A DNA stretch of 64,000 nt, from the NCBI GenBank assembly GCA_002104905.1, contig MCFE01000099.1, positions 1 through 64,000 on the forward strand, given 5' to 3'. The position numbers and the translations under genes are program-made. The notes beneath the pieces were generated by a model, which saw only the letters and a program-made list of their open reading frames with translations, searched no databases and had not been told where the DNA came from. Below are positions 39,037 to 52,374 of the stretch, in pieces. The stretch comes from Basidiobolus meristosporus CBS 931.73 (taxonomy: Eukaryota; Fungi; Basidiobolomycota). Position 1 is the first letter of the stretch. Every line of letters begins with the position of its first letter.

Positions 39037-40571
39037 TCACTCCATCACCTCAAACACTGCACCAGGGATGGCTCGGAGGCGATCCAAGTACACTTGTCCA
39101 AGACCACTTGCAGGAGTGAGCACACCACCCTGCGACCTGCACTCACTACGGCTCAAGGCCATGGTGATTGCGGCCTCGGCGACGTATTTACATGTCTCGG
39201 AGTAGCCGGGGTCGCCACTGCCATGGATCTTTCCACGGACTTTGATCTTCTCGTCCGAATCTACCTCCGCAACCAGTTCAGATGTAAAGAATCCCTTCTT
39301 GATTTGCTCCTCGGATGGCCCTTCACCTTGTGCAGGGACTATCTTCTTCAGTAGCCAGCGCGTGGGCGCAAGAGCGATGCAGATGCTAAGAAGCATAAAC
39401 CCATAGGTAACCAAATACCCAATCACGACGGGGAAGGTTTGTGTTTCGCGGTAGGTGAAATTCTTACCATACGAATTGCCAGTGATCCCGTTACTACGAC
39501 GAACCACCTTCTCATTGACCTGGCTCATGAAAAACAGCCCTTGCCAGCTGTCAAAGTCTTTGTCGTAGTACACCTTGGGGAAGCGGGACTTTTCAGGGCC
39601 ACGGATTTCCACTGGGTTCAACATGTATGGATCACTGAGCTCTTTTAGGCTGACTTTCTCTTCCATCATGTTGATCCCAGAATGAATAGTCCCGCCACTT
39701 AGCCCACCTCTTATCTTGGAAATGGTCATTTTGACAGATTTGGTAGGTTTGTTGTACTTGTTCTTGATGTAGCTGGTCATCATGAAGGCGCCCATATCTG
39801 ACGGGACCGAGTCGAAACCACAGAAGTTGACAATCAACGCGTTATTCGCAACCGCCTGATCGTGGAACTTCTCAATCATCTTCTTCACCCACAATGTCTC
39901 GCCGGTGATGTCGCAGTAGTCGGTACTGCTCCGAACACAAGCCTCCACTGTAGCGTTCCATTAGCTCGTGTGATAGCAATACATCATTAAAAGACCAACA
40001 TACCAAGAAGGGAGCCATGCTTGGCAAAAGGACCTTGTGTGCAATTATTGTTAGTAAGCTTCCAACAGGATACATGGTTTGGTTTCAAGCGCTTCCATAC
40101 CAACAGTGGAAATGACTACTTTCGCTTGGCCGGCAAGCCGCTCAAGCGACTCTAGGGAAGAGGAGTCGGCGGTGACAACCCCGAGGGTGTCCTAAAAGCG
40201 GGTCAGTCGGTCCCGTATGCTTGAGTGTGCTATTGTGTATTGAGAACCTACCTCCCAAGAAGAGTCCATCTGCAGAACTTCGCTTCTGATCTGATCAAGT
40301 TTGTTCTCACTTCTGCCACCCAAGGCCCATTTCAACGACTGGTGAGAAGGTTAGGGAGGTTACCCTGCGAGTTTTCGGGCGGTGACGAAACAACTTACTT
40401 TTGGAGCGTTGCTGGCTAGGTAGTGAGCAGTTCGTGACCCGGTAAACCCGGTGGCACCCCACACTTTGAAACTACCGTGAGTCCCTCGACTTCAAATAGA
40501 AAGAAGAATTTTCAAAATGGCTTACGTATAATGTCGTATTTGCGAGCGGAGCGGTCTGATTGTTGTGCCAT
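39037..40571 (-). CDS. Saccharopine dehydrogenase-like oxidoreductase, copy 3
   Basis: Same exon structure and motifs as copies 1 and 2; frame intact. Confidence 0.92.
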
Positions 40572-40609
40572 CTTAACTTTTATGTCAACTCTCTAGTGCG
40601 AAGTCCTTG

Positions 40610-41200
40610 TTTATATAGAAAAAACCCCGACTGATGATGTCAACCTTATATCGTTTTTATCTTCGAGCATTAGACATCTAGTTGAACATAAAAAACCCTG
40701 AATAAATCGGCTGTATGGGTATCACGGAATCTCGGTCCGATATCTTACAGGCCCGCGAGCACAGACATTCATTCCCATCGAATGATTTGTCTACAATCTG
40801 AATAAATGCTTCACAACATCTATACAGTTTGAAGAACTCGATCCTATTCCAAATCCACAATTATGGTGCACTGAGTTCAGCAACAGTACGAGTGATTTCC
40901 GATTTGAATATCCGCAGCAGTCTCTATTAGTTGTTATCAACCTTTTTTAGGCTAGTCGCTCCATCTGCATTCTTCTGATCGAGTGGCCTAATAATCTCAG
41001 CAATAGAGGCTCTCTGCGGAATTCCTCGCTGTTTAAGCCATCATCTTTGAATCGTTGCGGAGTCTATAGATGCTGTTGAGTGTATTTGGCGTACATAACA
41101 TCTTCCACCGATCTGTTGATGGATGATACAACTATAATCGATTAAGGTTGTATGATGTAAGCATTGATTAACTGTGAATGTTGATTGGGTGAAAGGAATG
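40610..41200 (-). pseudogene. Third, more diverged and internally deleted copy of the spacer pseudo-ORF
   Basis: ORF 40678-40860 matches the spacer-1 3' peptide (WIWNRIEFFKL); similarity breaks at ~41165 and resumes briefly near 41185. Confidence 0.45.
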
Positions 41201-41581
41201 GCACGTCATGCTTTCTTAGGTTATTTTGGTACCAGGGCAAAAACCAAAGGACGGTTAAATATTGGAGTACACAACGGAGAATCCTATAGTACTCGGCTTT
41301 CATATCACTTCACACCTTAGGTTGTTGATGTATTAAAGGGGACTGATTGTTTTTGATACTAGGCAACAAACAGCGTTTATTTCTTATCCCCAAACCGAGT
41401 AATAACAAACTTGGCTTTCATTGTCATCTAACAAAACATGCAACGGTGTTCTGCTGTTCTTTAATCCTTGTTTCCATGGGAATCTGGTAATGAATCCAAA
41501 ATATTTGCCAACTTCGCGCTGTCGTATCCCCGTAAATGACACTAAGCTGGTTTGGCTGTGGGGGACGCGGAACTGATCTGC

Positions 41582-44500
41582 CTACAACCGCCGAGCTCCA
41601 AGAGAATTCAGCTTTTTTTTCTCTTGTTGCTGTTTGCCAATACGAAGGCTGGTTAGTCCAAGTAAACACAAAGTCATCATATGAATAGTAGCTAACCGTG
41701 CGTAGCCCTGTCGATCTTTCGGGTTGTGAAGCAGTGGTTGGAATTAGCGGCTTGAATTTATCGGATGTCAAGGTGGCTGACTCCCAAGCATTGCTCTCAT
41801 TATCCCATCCTCCCCCGAAGTCGTCATCCCAACCAGAGGTGTCCATATCCATAAAGGTATCTTGCTTGAAGAAGGTTGCAGTGGCTTTTGACTTGGGCGG
41901 TCCTTGTAGCTTCATACTGGCCAAAGCTGCTGAGGTGGATGTTGCTCCACCTCTCCCTTTGAACGCCTCAGATGAGAATGACGCGACTATTTTTTGAAGT
42001 TACGAAGCATTAGTGAGAATTATCTAGTTTGTAAATCCCCGTCCATACCTTGCTTGATACTGGAGCTATTTGTGGTCGTGGTGAATGAATCTAACTCGTT
42101 TGTCCCTATCGAGTTAGGTTCATTGAAATGGGTATTGCGAGGGATTGACTCAGGAATTGTAGCAGTGGTGATTGGAGAAGATGTCTGCGAACTGCTCTGG
42201 GAGCTGGTGTTGGTGTTAGTGTTGACGTTAGAGTCTATAGTTCCGGCAATCTAGGTGAATCAAACTTCAATCATGTGTTTGCGTAAGATATGTATCGAAG
42301 CATATAACCTTCTTTGTGATGGAGGAAACTGCCCAACCGGCCCAACCAGCCTCTGGTACATTGCCATTGGATGGTGTTTGGTTAGGGCTATTGGCTTTGA
42401 CGACAGCTGTCTCAGGCTGGGTTCAGTTAGTATTTGACCTAGTGTAAAAATAGATGAGCTGTCGTGAAGCTTACCATCGAGTTTGCAATCTCTTCAAGCT
42501 TCTTGACGAAAGTTCCAATTGCTTTGAAAGCTTGGTCTCTGACCACTCTGTGAACCCCTATGGTTAGTACACAGCACAGCGATGGGTCACAAGAAGATGG
42601 TTACCGACTTCTCTGGATCGAGCAAACAAGTAGAAATGCACGGCACTATTTTGCTGGCAATTTCAACAGGATCATAATAATCGACGGTCGCTATATGGCG
42701 AATCGGGTTAACCAAGGCAACCAACAAGAAGATAAGTCAAGATTCTATAAAACCATTAAGCGCCATCAGACTGGCCATCCTAGCGTGAGGGAAGGGATCC
42801 CGAAGACTTTTCACGAAGGCATTCCCCAGAACCTTCTTTTTGTTCTGTTGCAGGCATATGTTAGGGTGGATTCCAAGTATCAGCCGGAGAAGCATCTATT
42901 AGGTTACCGAATCACTTAGGTCCTTGGCGATTTTCCCCAGGCATATGACAGTATTGGTTCTAATACCAGGCTGCTCGTCTATCTGTAGTTTAGCCAAATG
43001 ACGCATCAAATCATTGTTGATGGTTCGTTCATTGAGCTAGATGGTAAGCCTTGAAGTTAGCTAACACTTCCAAATCGTCTTCTAGCAATCTGAATCACCT
43101 TTGGTATCAGCATAAGAACTGCTCTGAGGGTATGCTCTCTCAATACTGGAACCGAGTCGGTAAATCCCGAAGCCTGTAGGGATGGTCAGCAATCGTAGGA
43201 CTCCAGAGCATCGAACAGTGTCTAAGACTTACGAAATTAGGAAAGATTTGATTGTTTACGGTCTTCTTATCTAGATGATCAACGAAGTGGGCCAGGTTTT
43301 CAAGTAAGCTTAAGCGGATAGTTCGATCTGGGAGGCTGAACATCTTCACAACCAAAGGAAGTAACTGTGTTTCGAACTCTTTATCGGTAAAATTCTTCCC
43401 GATCTTGACAATCAGGCCCAGAGCTTTTGGCCCACCGGAGCCGAACTCCAGAGCCTTGGCAAGCTCAGGTAGAATCTTGTATTTGCAGAAGTCGAGAGGC
43501 AGCGTGTCTAGTGAGCCATCCAATTTCCTAGCAATATGAATGCCATCAGCAAGGCCCACCGTTGTATTTACAACCATTAAGAAAATTACTTGAAAAACGA
43601 GTCTTTTTCACTTGAATCCTTCACGGCAAAGTTCTCCAGGAACAAGTTGACTTGAACCAGGTCGTTCTGAAAGTAGCCATTTGGCATTAGACCAGTCTCT
43701 ACGAAATCAGTTAAGTTCGGTCGAGCTCGTGGCTCTGGTGCCAAGAGTGACTTGTATTGAGTAAAAATGCTCTAGATGAGCCCTTATGGGTTAGTGTCTG
43801 AATCATATACTATGTTAGATTCAATGTACCGTTGGTATAGCGCCCCGTTGATAGACCTGCTCAGGATATGATATATCCCCATTAAAGACCTCGTAAATCA
43901 GGCACCCAAATTGCCAGGAATCTGTTGCCCTTGGCTCAAAGCTGAAGAGAAATGCCTAGTGAGCCAATTGATATAGGCTAGATAGATAGAATCAAACTTG
44001 TACTCTTTGATTACTCTTAATGAGTGCTTCTTGATCTCAGGAGTTGCATATTTGTTAAAATCGTGGACCAATTCGCCATAAGACTAAAGAACTCTGGAAT
44101 TAGAATGCAAGAGCGTTATTCGAGCTGCGTTCTTCTAGGCGTTACCACTATGACTGGGTTTTCTTCTTGGATGGAAGAGAGCAATTCAAGGCCACCTAGC
44201 TTCCACTCTCCAGCGGCATTGGTGAAAATTGAACTGATACGGATATTTCCATGAACAAGGTTGCAATCAACGTTCAAGAATCGAACAGCATTCTAAAAAA
44301 GCATGGAGAAATATCATTTAGGAGCGGCTCAATTTGCGCCAGATACAATCATGGTCTTCTCACTGCAGCTTTGTAAAGGCCCCAAAACGTGAGGTCAGTG
44401 TTCCTACCCGCTTGCAGCTGCTCTGAAAGGGGGAACACCTGGTCAGTGACGATGTAGATGCGCTCTTCCGTCTAATAAAATGGTTTTAAGTATACAGCAT

Positions 44501-44878
44501 CTGCATAATTCGTCGATACCAGGTGAATATCACTCACCTCAATACCATCCACATATCTGAGCAAGTCAGGATGCCGGATGGTCTTCACTCGCTTGAAGCA
44601 GTTCCTGGCCAAGGGAAGTAGGTGTCGATTGTTTATGCAGTCAAAGGCAAAAATAGATATTGGGGAATTGTCGGACTAAAGAATTGCAACAACTTAGACA
44701 GCTTTGTACACAGCCAAACAAGTATATATATTACCTTCTTAACTCCTTCATGGAGCGACCAGATGGAGGCGCCCTCAAATTGATAATTCTTCTCTCCAAT
44801 CGTATAGGGAAATGATTGGTCTTGGCTATTAACCACCCGTGAAAGTGTGGATTTGACTAAGCCCGAAAAGTATGACAT
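41582..44878 (-). CDS. SCY1-like pseudokinase with HEAT repeats (CEX1/SCYL1 family), multi-exon
   Basis: MSYFSGLVKSTL...FPYTIGE, FKRVKTIRHPDLLRY, VHGNIRISSIFTNAAGEWKLGGLEL, FCKYKILPELAKALEFG, RLSLLENLAHFVDHL, IRTNTVICLGKI, GWDDDFGGGWD; ends LGARRL*. Confidence 0.9.
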
Positions 44879-45421
44879 CTCATAAGTTGGGTTTCTTTCA
44901 AGCTTACGTGTGTATAGTTTTCAACCAAGTGGTAATACTGAGCTTGATTAAAGAGGAAAGTACAAGTACGCTTTGTAAAGCTATTTGGACTGTGCAAGTC
45001 CTCCTTTAGTAAGCATCAATTGTGCTTAGCCTATTTGTATTGAAACCAATGAAATTACTTCACGCAATTGCAATCATCTAATTTCAGTTATTTATAGGGC
45101 TGGATTTAGTACAGGCAGCCACGTTGATTAAATTGATATCTACTGCAAACGATGCTGCCAGAGCATGAACTATCTCACGAATGGATATATTTGGTCTGAA
45201 GATTAAAAACTATCATTGCATCATAGAAGTACATGATGATACAGGCTGTCAAAAGTGATGAATACATAGGTAATATTGTGACTGGCAATCACTGGTTCGG
45301 CATCAGGTGAATCCCAATTTCGAGTTTGATGATGAAGAGGAGAATCACGTGCGAAGTCTGGACAATCATATCGTACAATTTGACACTGGAAAACTCTATC
45401 CCTAAACACTCAGTTCGTACC

Positions 45422-45595
45422 ATGGCCAAGAAACTCCAAGCCAAAGACTCCGGCAACATTGTGACAAAATTCTTCAGAAATGAGATCCTTGCCGCCGACA
45501 AGCGCCCTGGTAACCTCAACGTAGCACTTGGGGTCACTGTTTTTGGTGTCAGCATCGCCTTCCTTCGTAATTTTGGTGACCTACTTGCTGTCTGA
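45422..45595 (+). CDS. Small tail-anchored membrane protein, likely TOM complex subunit Tom6 (57 aa)
   Basis: MAKKLQAKDSGNIVTKFFRNEILAADKRPGNLNVALGVTVFGVSIAFLRNFGDLLAV; single C-terminal TM ending FGDLL as in fungal Tom6-like proteins (recalled similarity, not searched). Confidence 0.55.
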   Translation: MAKKLQAKDSGNIVTKFFRNEILAADKRPGNLNVALGVTVFGVSIAFLRNFGDLLAV

Positions 45596-45997
45596 CTAGT
45601 GGTCAAGCATTTAAATACTACCAAAGCCCTTGGTTGGTAGCTTTTATAGACATGTATAAGAGTCGTTGTTGGAATCTCCCCAAGCACTAACACTGATTAA
45701 ACCGGGTATTATTGGTATTGCACACTGATCCCTCATTTTCAAAAGGAGTCGTTCAAGGAATCCATACAATTTAGGAGTCCCTTCGTTAATAACTCTATGG
45801 ACGTTCATTTTAAAGTAACCTCGAATGAAAGTCGACGGAAAGTATAGTTCTTTCCCCAGTATTCTGACGATTACTTCGTTGAAACCGTATCCATCGTTTT
45901 TGCATGAGTGTTTATATATAGATTTAATGAAATTACATGATATGGAATGCCATAGACTGTCGTTGAGAACGACAAAAAAGTATGAATCATGTGCAGA

Positions 45998-47209
45998 TTA
46001 CTGTTGCTTGCATTCGGGGGCTGGTTGGTTTGTTGGTGCAGAGGTGCCATACTCCTCCTCTGACTCTTCGTCCTCAAGGGCTTCTTCATCCTCATCGGTG
46101 ATGTCTTCGAAATCTTCATAATCGTCAAGATCAAACCCTTCGTATTGCAATGCCTTGCCAGTGTACCAATCAATAGCGTGAGGGATGATCTTTTGCTTGA
46201 GAGCTTCTCCGATCTCGAAATCCGCCTCTAATCTATCACTGAAGTCCAGTTCATCTTCCTCATCCGCAGCCTTCTCTTCTTCAGCATTGACAGTGTTGAA
46301 GAAGTTAAAGAAAGTTTCAGCAGGGACTGTTCTCTTAACCACGCGGGTCTTGTTAGTTGCCTTGTGTCTTTGTTTCTTGGTTTCAACAGTCACAGAGAGA
46401 TCTTTTCCTTCCTTCCAAGCAATCTCGGTGCTAACAATCAGAGAGTTAGGCTTAATTCAAGTAGACCAGCAGATAAATATCCTAGCCTACCCTTCACTAC
46501 GCTCGCCAATAAGGTCACCTACTTCTGCGGAAGGTTGATAGTAGTAAGTCTTGCTTAAAACCTGGTTACTGAACCATTCGTTCTCGGTAAATTCGAACTC
46601 AACTTTGAAGCCCTATAGGTACAAAGGATTAGAAATGATCCAATGGATACGGAAATAGGGCGAGACTACTAACAAGTTTCTCATCCGAGTAAGCAAGACG
46701 GATATCAACAAGATGTTTCAATGCAGATTCGTCTCTGCTAGTAATAAGATCAGCAAGTTGGATATGATTCTTGAGAGCAGTCAACCAAAAGTTGGGGACG
46801 CCTAATACAAGGTTAGGAGGCGGTAATATAAGACCAGAAGAAAATCAATTAAACCTGAAGGTTGGACTTCGGGATCCTCATTCTGTTGCTTGCCGAGCTC
46901 TTGAGCCAATTCTTCATCAGCCTTTTTTCCAGCCTCAATTTCCTCTTCAGTGGGTTCAGCCTTTCCATTGATAATCTGGGTACGTTTGCTATATAAGGGT
47001 GAGTACAAACTGAGGTACTTCTTCTCCAAATTCAAAATCTCGGTGTGAAACTCCAGCTCCAATTCAGCATGTTTGGCCTGTAGGACATTAGCCACTTATA
47101 CCTGGAGTATCTAGAGTGATGAAACCCTGAGGCATACCTGTAATTGCTTCAGGCCAAAAAGACGACGTTTGACGCTAGTAGGAAGAGTTTCAAGAATGGA
47201 GGTAGTCAT
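45998..47209 (-). CDS. NAP1: Nucleosome assembly protein 1, multi-exon (5' end uncertain)
   Basis: LPTSVKRRLFGLKQLQ, LEFHTEILNLEKKY, GVPNFWLTALKNHIQL, FEFTENEWFSNQVLSKTY, KRTVPAETFFNFF, DFEIGEALKQKIIPHAIDWYTG, acidic tail, ends ECKQQ*. Confidence 0.93.
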
Positions 47210-48731
47210 TATGTTAACACGGGTGGAGAACGAAATGGAGGCGCAATTGGTCGTCTAGCAAATATGATCTCTGAGCGACTACTGTAGGCTAACCATTGCC
47301 CTTTTAAATGCTTCGCATCAACAAATTCTGGGGAACCATCAAGAACGACATCTCTAAATAGCTATTCAGTAATTTAAATATATTATTTAATCAACTATAG
47401 TATATTTCGAGCAGAGCAACTTTCATATTGCCTACCAACAGTTATTTAACAAATCACATCTACCCCACCTGGTTTATCTCACCAGCCAATCAACCCCCTA
47501 TTACTACCGACATCAGTAAGCTATTGGCCCAAAAGCCTCACGTGTGTATCATGAATAATAACCTAATTGACGTGATAAAATAGGAACAAGCCACCGTCAG
47601 TGGAAATAAGTTGTACATTTCCATACATGGTCGCTTTTACCTATCGTAGGCACGGGAATTGGACAAATGTAACCAACTGTCTGCAATAGACAGAAGTTGG
47701 TCGGCACTTTCATTTTAATTCGAACTGATAGACACTGATAAGAACTGGCCATCGCCCCATAAAGTTTAGAATCAGTTCATATTATAGCATAGGTTGACAT
47801 TTGACCAAGCGAGAATGCAACAGGTTGAAGTTCGGAAGAAATGACGATATCATAGCTCAACTGAATGTGGCCAGTATCAGGGAGAGTGCCTTGAAAACCT
47901 CCAGATATCATCGGATAGCCATCAGCCTTCTGGAGTACACCGATTCAAAGGATCCCGATGGGCTATCTTCTGTTCGACCAATGATAGGAGTATTCCGCAG
48001 ATCTCGTGGTGTTGGTGAGAATCACTGGCGGAATATATTGAGTCGATTACCACACTACCAGATGTCAGGCGTCACCATAGATCTTCCGGACTCTTACACG
48101 CCAATATGCTAGATAGATTCTGTTGTCACCATCCCGCTATTTATGCGGGATAATGTGGATAAATGTATGCTTCCGACATAGCCAGTCTTCTATAGCAACT
48201 GGCATCTGCATTTCTCCATTTATGCTTTATACCCAAATCTTCTCGAGCAACAGGTGGACAAAGACGATTCAGCTGGTAGCATCAATTAGTGGCATTGATG
48301 TAGTCTCCGATTTATTGATGGATATGTGAAATGTACCTCTAATTTATGGCAATCCAACAGAACTCAGGTAGTGGCTCGAAGTATTAATGAATAGACTGCC
48401 CACCCTCATTGAGAAATCCGAGAGCTCCATTGAGGCCAATGCAATCGGGCAGTTATGTATAAATCAAGCAATCATTTGGACCAGATAGGTCGGGGATTTC
48501 AGGCCACAGATGTATTAAAGGTGAGGTTTGTTGATTTATTAGCATACATATAGTACCAATTCAACATTCACCAGCTTGTTGAAATCATGAGCAGATCATA
48601 TCGTGCCCGCAACATATGGCTCTAATACAAAATAAGAATTATTCTATACAGTTGGTAGATTTGCACAGTATACACGAGATTAAGGCCTCAAACAATGTAC
48701 AATAAAGAGAGCTGATGGATCAATCCAATCG

Positions 48732-49262
48732 CTAGTGTCGACTATCTCGGGCAATCTTGGGGGTGAGAGAAAATCGAATAGTGGGCTCGTATTGATTGAG
48801 TTTCTCGTCAACTAGAAACCCACGGTATAACATATCATCGAAACTCTTGACGGACCGAAGTCTACGTCGGACCTGATCTAGATCGTCTTTAGGTGAGGCG
48901 TTCTTGTCCACGGGGGCCAGCAATAATAGCCTCTGGTTCCCCTGAGGGGTTTTTTCAAAGGTGCCGTGAGTGGTGTTTGGGCTACAGGGCTGCTTGGCAC
49001 ATTTGGAATTCTTGTGGCTATGGTATTCAGTCTTGAGCCTGGAATTTGGGCCTTCCGGAGAAGGGAGTGGATTAATGAAGACTTGTCCGTACCGTTTATT
49101 ATTAATGGGTGTCGGCACTTTTAGTGCCAAGTCAGCATTGGTGGAATAAGCATCAGTTAAGAATATTCTTCCGTGCCGTTTATGGCTCTGATGGAAGAAT
49201 TGATTGGAGCTGGGACAGCAGCCAAGGGAACCGAAAGTAGTAAAATACTTTGGAGGTTCCAT
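48732..49262 (-). CDS. Hypothetical protein (Pro/Ser-rich, ~176 aa from first ATG)
   Basis: 200-codon open frame; C-terminal GFLVDEKLNQYEPTIRFSLTPKIAR looks like a conserved motif. No family recognised. Confidence 0.55.
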   Translation of the reverse strand: MEPPKYFTTFGSLGCCPSSNQFFHQSHKRHGRIFLTDAYSTNADLALKVPTPINNKRYGQVFINPLPSPEGPNSRLKTEYHSHKNSKCAKQPCSPNTTHGTFEKTPQGNQRLLLLAPVDKNASPKDDLDQVRRRLRSVKSFDDMLYRGFLVDEKLNQYEPTIRFSLTPKIARDSRH

Positions 49263-52200
49263 GGCTTGGGCAGTAAGAATTCGTTCTTGGCAGTTTTTAA
49301 GGGGGCTTGGCACGATGAATTTAATGCTGTGCAAGTAGGGGAAGCCCAGTATTTATACATCCTCCGTTACGTCTACATGACTGTCTAAATTTGGCTAGCA
49401 TAGAGATTGGCTGAGATCATGATTTCGAACTCTCATTTACACTGAACTCAATCACAGGCAACACTCTCACTCTCGAAATGGATTTTAGAAACTGATCCAA
49501 CAACAATTGATTTCATATATGTTTTCATATACTGGATAGAATTTCACGTTCTCTCAAGTCAAACACTCTGATGTTCTCATACTAAACATCTGTCTCACAC
49601 AATTCAACAGCAGGCTGGCTGCATAACGATTCCATGTTCCTTCTGGTCAGCAAATCACAGCGCATACGATCCAGCAACATTTCATACTGATGATCCTGCG
49701 AGTACATGTTGCCGAGCTTAGAGTGCCACATGCTTCACTTTTACTCAGCCAAGGCCCCACTAGCGATGCGATGAAGGTTAAAATCCAATGGCCAAATCAG
49801 ACTTCAGAGCTAATTACCATTAAAAATAAAATCCATTTGATTTGCCACAGCATTCGTAATTGCATGTGCTTGGTGGAGAGCAGAGTTTGCTTTTGCAGGC
49901 GATGCGATATTACTTGGTGCCTTTGGTGTCTAGAGCGAGTGATCGTTGACGTGAGATTATTAGGCCCTTTACTTCAAATTGACCCAGATCATCCCGACTT
50001 ATCAGAGATCGTACAGCGTGGAATATGTATTACAAGTTATTTACTCGCTCGCTAGGCAGCGGACCTTGGCTCATGTGATCCAGTAATGAAGAAACCACGC
50101 ATCCATGTTTCAACACAACCGCCAAGCGTAGTGTTGGATCGGAAGCCCCTCGTAATTCCCATTTCTTCAGGGGGAGACCTCCCTTGGCAGCCGATTTGAG
50201 TCATTTTCGTTAATCTGGTTTGGAGTGTAATACCTTGACGAGGCTGTGAGTGACCCAATACTGGAATAATCCGAACACACTTGAATCCGTCCTTCTCCTT
50301 TCTCCATTGCTATACTTGCCATCATCGTCTCAACTCCCCAACTCCTAGGTTCCGGAGACAATCCGCTCAGATGACTTCATCTCACTGCTATCATACAACT
50401 ATGAGATAGAGAACTCGCGTCAAGAGAGAAAACATATACTGAGGATTGCGCAATAAAAACATTCGATAAACCAATACAGGAGGATGCCATGTCCCACCGA
50501 TGAGGCTCAGGTGTTAGAAAGATGTAGGTATCATTTTGGCCAGTGCCTAAAAATAGTGAAGATCTACCATCCAAACAAACGAGCTATACTTGCAAATCAA
50601 TGACAGAGACGGTAACCTGGTTCAGGCATGAGAAGTTCCAAAGACTGTGATAATCAGCACGTTGGATACTCTCCAAATTTGGATAGGAAAACCCACAATA
50701 TCGAATATCTTCGGACCAATTCGCTGTTCCAATGGACCATACCGCACTTCATTGCTATAACCTGACGCGGGTTTTGAATATTTAGCTTGACGGCTCTGTA
50801 GGAACATTCGTCAACGGGTGTATCTTTGTTTGCTCTTGACGATTGGCCTCCTTATCATTCAGCGATCTGTGATACAATTGATTGGAGTTTCATTCAAATC
50901 TCGTTCTTTGTTACCCATCATCCATAACCGTGGCAATTATGACTTCGAGTAGCAAGCACAAGGTGAATCCACCATTGGAGAGTATGCATCCGGCCATTGA
51001 TATCACACAGGGATCCAGTGCTGATATTGTTTTCCAAGCATACGCGGAATCGGCAAAGTTCCCGTATACGTACGATAGGCTTTAGCGTCGCAGAGCTATG
51101 AAGGCTTCTTCCATCAAGCACAAGTTGTCATTTTGAGAATTGATGGCCCGGGAAATTTCAAAATATGCTTGCCTGGTGAAAGGTCGGTGGGGTATAATAT
51201 GCAGGAGCTATCCGGAAAACCGTGCGTATCAATAGGCTCCACAACGCGCGCATGGGTATCTGCCAGGGTTTTTGGATATCCAAGTGGTGTGATCCAAGAG
51301 GATAGTGGATGGAACATACACCAGGAGTAGACAACCGAGTTACAATCATGACATGCTGGAGGAGCGGATGCAAATCCACCAGTTTCCCATCCACTATTCG
51401 TCAGTTTAGACAGTGCCTGATCAAGCATATATTTCGGATACCCTACATTACATCAAGGAAACATCACCCATCTCAACCTGGTCACATCCAAAAATTACGT
51501 TCGACGCCCGATGGGACAGGTGCGAATTTCGTCCAGAATACGTTCCCGACTTGAAGCCATGAAGACACCTAAGCCTCCCTAATCTCAGCATCCGGATGCC
51601 CTCAGCGCTTGATCGGAAGTAGCCCAGAGAGCGCATCAATAAGCTGAGGGCTGTATATTTGGTTATCCCACACTCCCACTGTAGCCAATCCGTTAGAATG
51701 ATTTTTACGGACATTCTGACGCAAGTGCACCGTAGGCCCAGGGAAATGGCCTAATTTGGTCATGGAAAGCTGGAGGTATGGCATCAGATAAATCTAGAGT
51801 TGCTCAATAAGTCTATTTGAGGCAATGGGCCCATTTAATTCAACTATGAAACACGCGAGCGCAAGGCAGTCCGAAGACGGAAATGGACTCGGGATTGGAA
51901 TATCTTGTATACGGGCACGAATGTTTTGTGTCGAGGATTAGAGCTACAGCAGGGCCGGAGTGGACATGAAAGGAATAATTGCTGTGAGTGAGAGCTTGTA
52001 TCACTCACCGAGGACACATCTTTGGTAATGGTGTTTCATTCCCTGACCAATTGGCTAGGATGTCTCATTTGTGTCCTTTTTTGATCAGACTTTATGGAGA
52101 GCTAGTGTTCCTCAAGTGGTGTTGCTGTGGAAGAATGCTACATGAGATCACTATCAAATACTCGAGGTTGTTGGTGGGCCAACTCCAATGCGCCATCCAA

Positions 52201-52374
52201 TACTCTCACAAGGTGCAACCAAAACGGGAAACCCATCTATTCTGGTCGGGGATTCAAGCAACTTCCTTGTTATATAAGGGCTTGGGAGGCCGGGTGCTGG
52301 CAACTGCAGATTTGCTACCACTTCCATACTTCAGCCCCTAACAACACACGGTCCACGATTTGATACTCGCTACT

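Larger units (their letters stand above)
33760..41215. repeat. Tandem segmental triplication, unit ~2.55 kb (oxidoreductase gene + pseudo-ORF spacer)
   Basis: Equivalent ORF ends at 33927, 36496 and 39037 (periods 2569 and 2541 nt). Introns and spacers are near-identical between units; the third spacer is more diverged and has an internal deletion. Confidence 0.95.

Noticed and set aside
33787-39648. Repeated plus-strand ORFs of 102-117 aa in each tandem unit
   Set aside because: Antisense shadows of the oxidoreductase last exon; they recur only because the unit is triplicated.
47800-48700. Long stop-interrupted frames between NAP1 and the 48732 gene
   Set aside because: No recognisable family motifs; cannot support a pseudogene call.
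49700-51800. Cluster of short minus-strand ORFs that may be a decayed gene
   Set aside because: A semi-continuous frame with many stops exists, but no domain could be recognised; needs tBLASTx/HMM.
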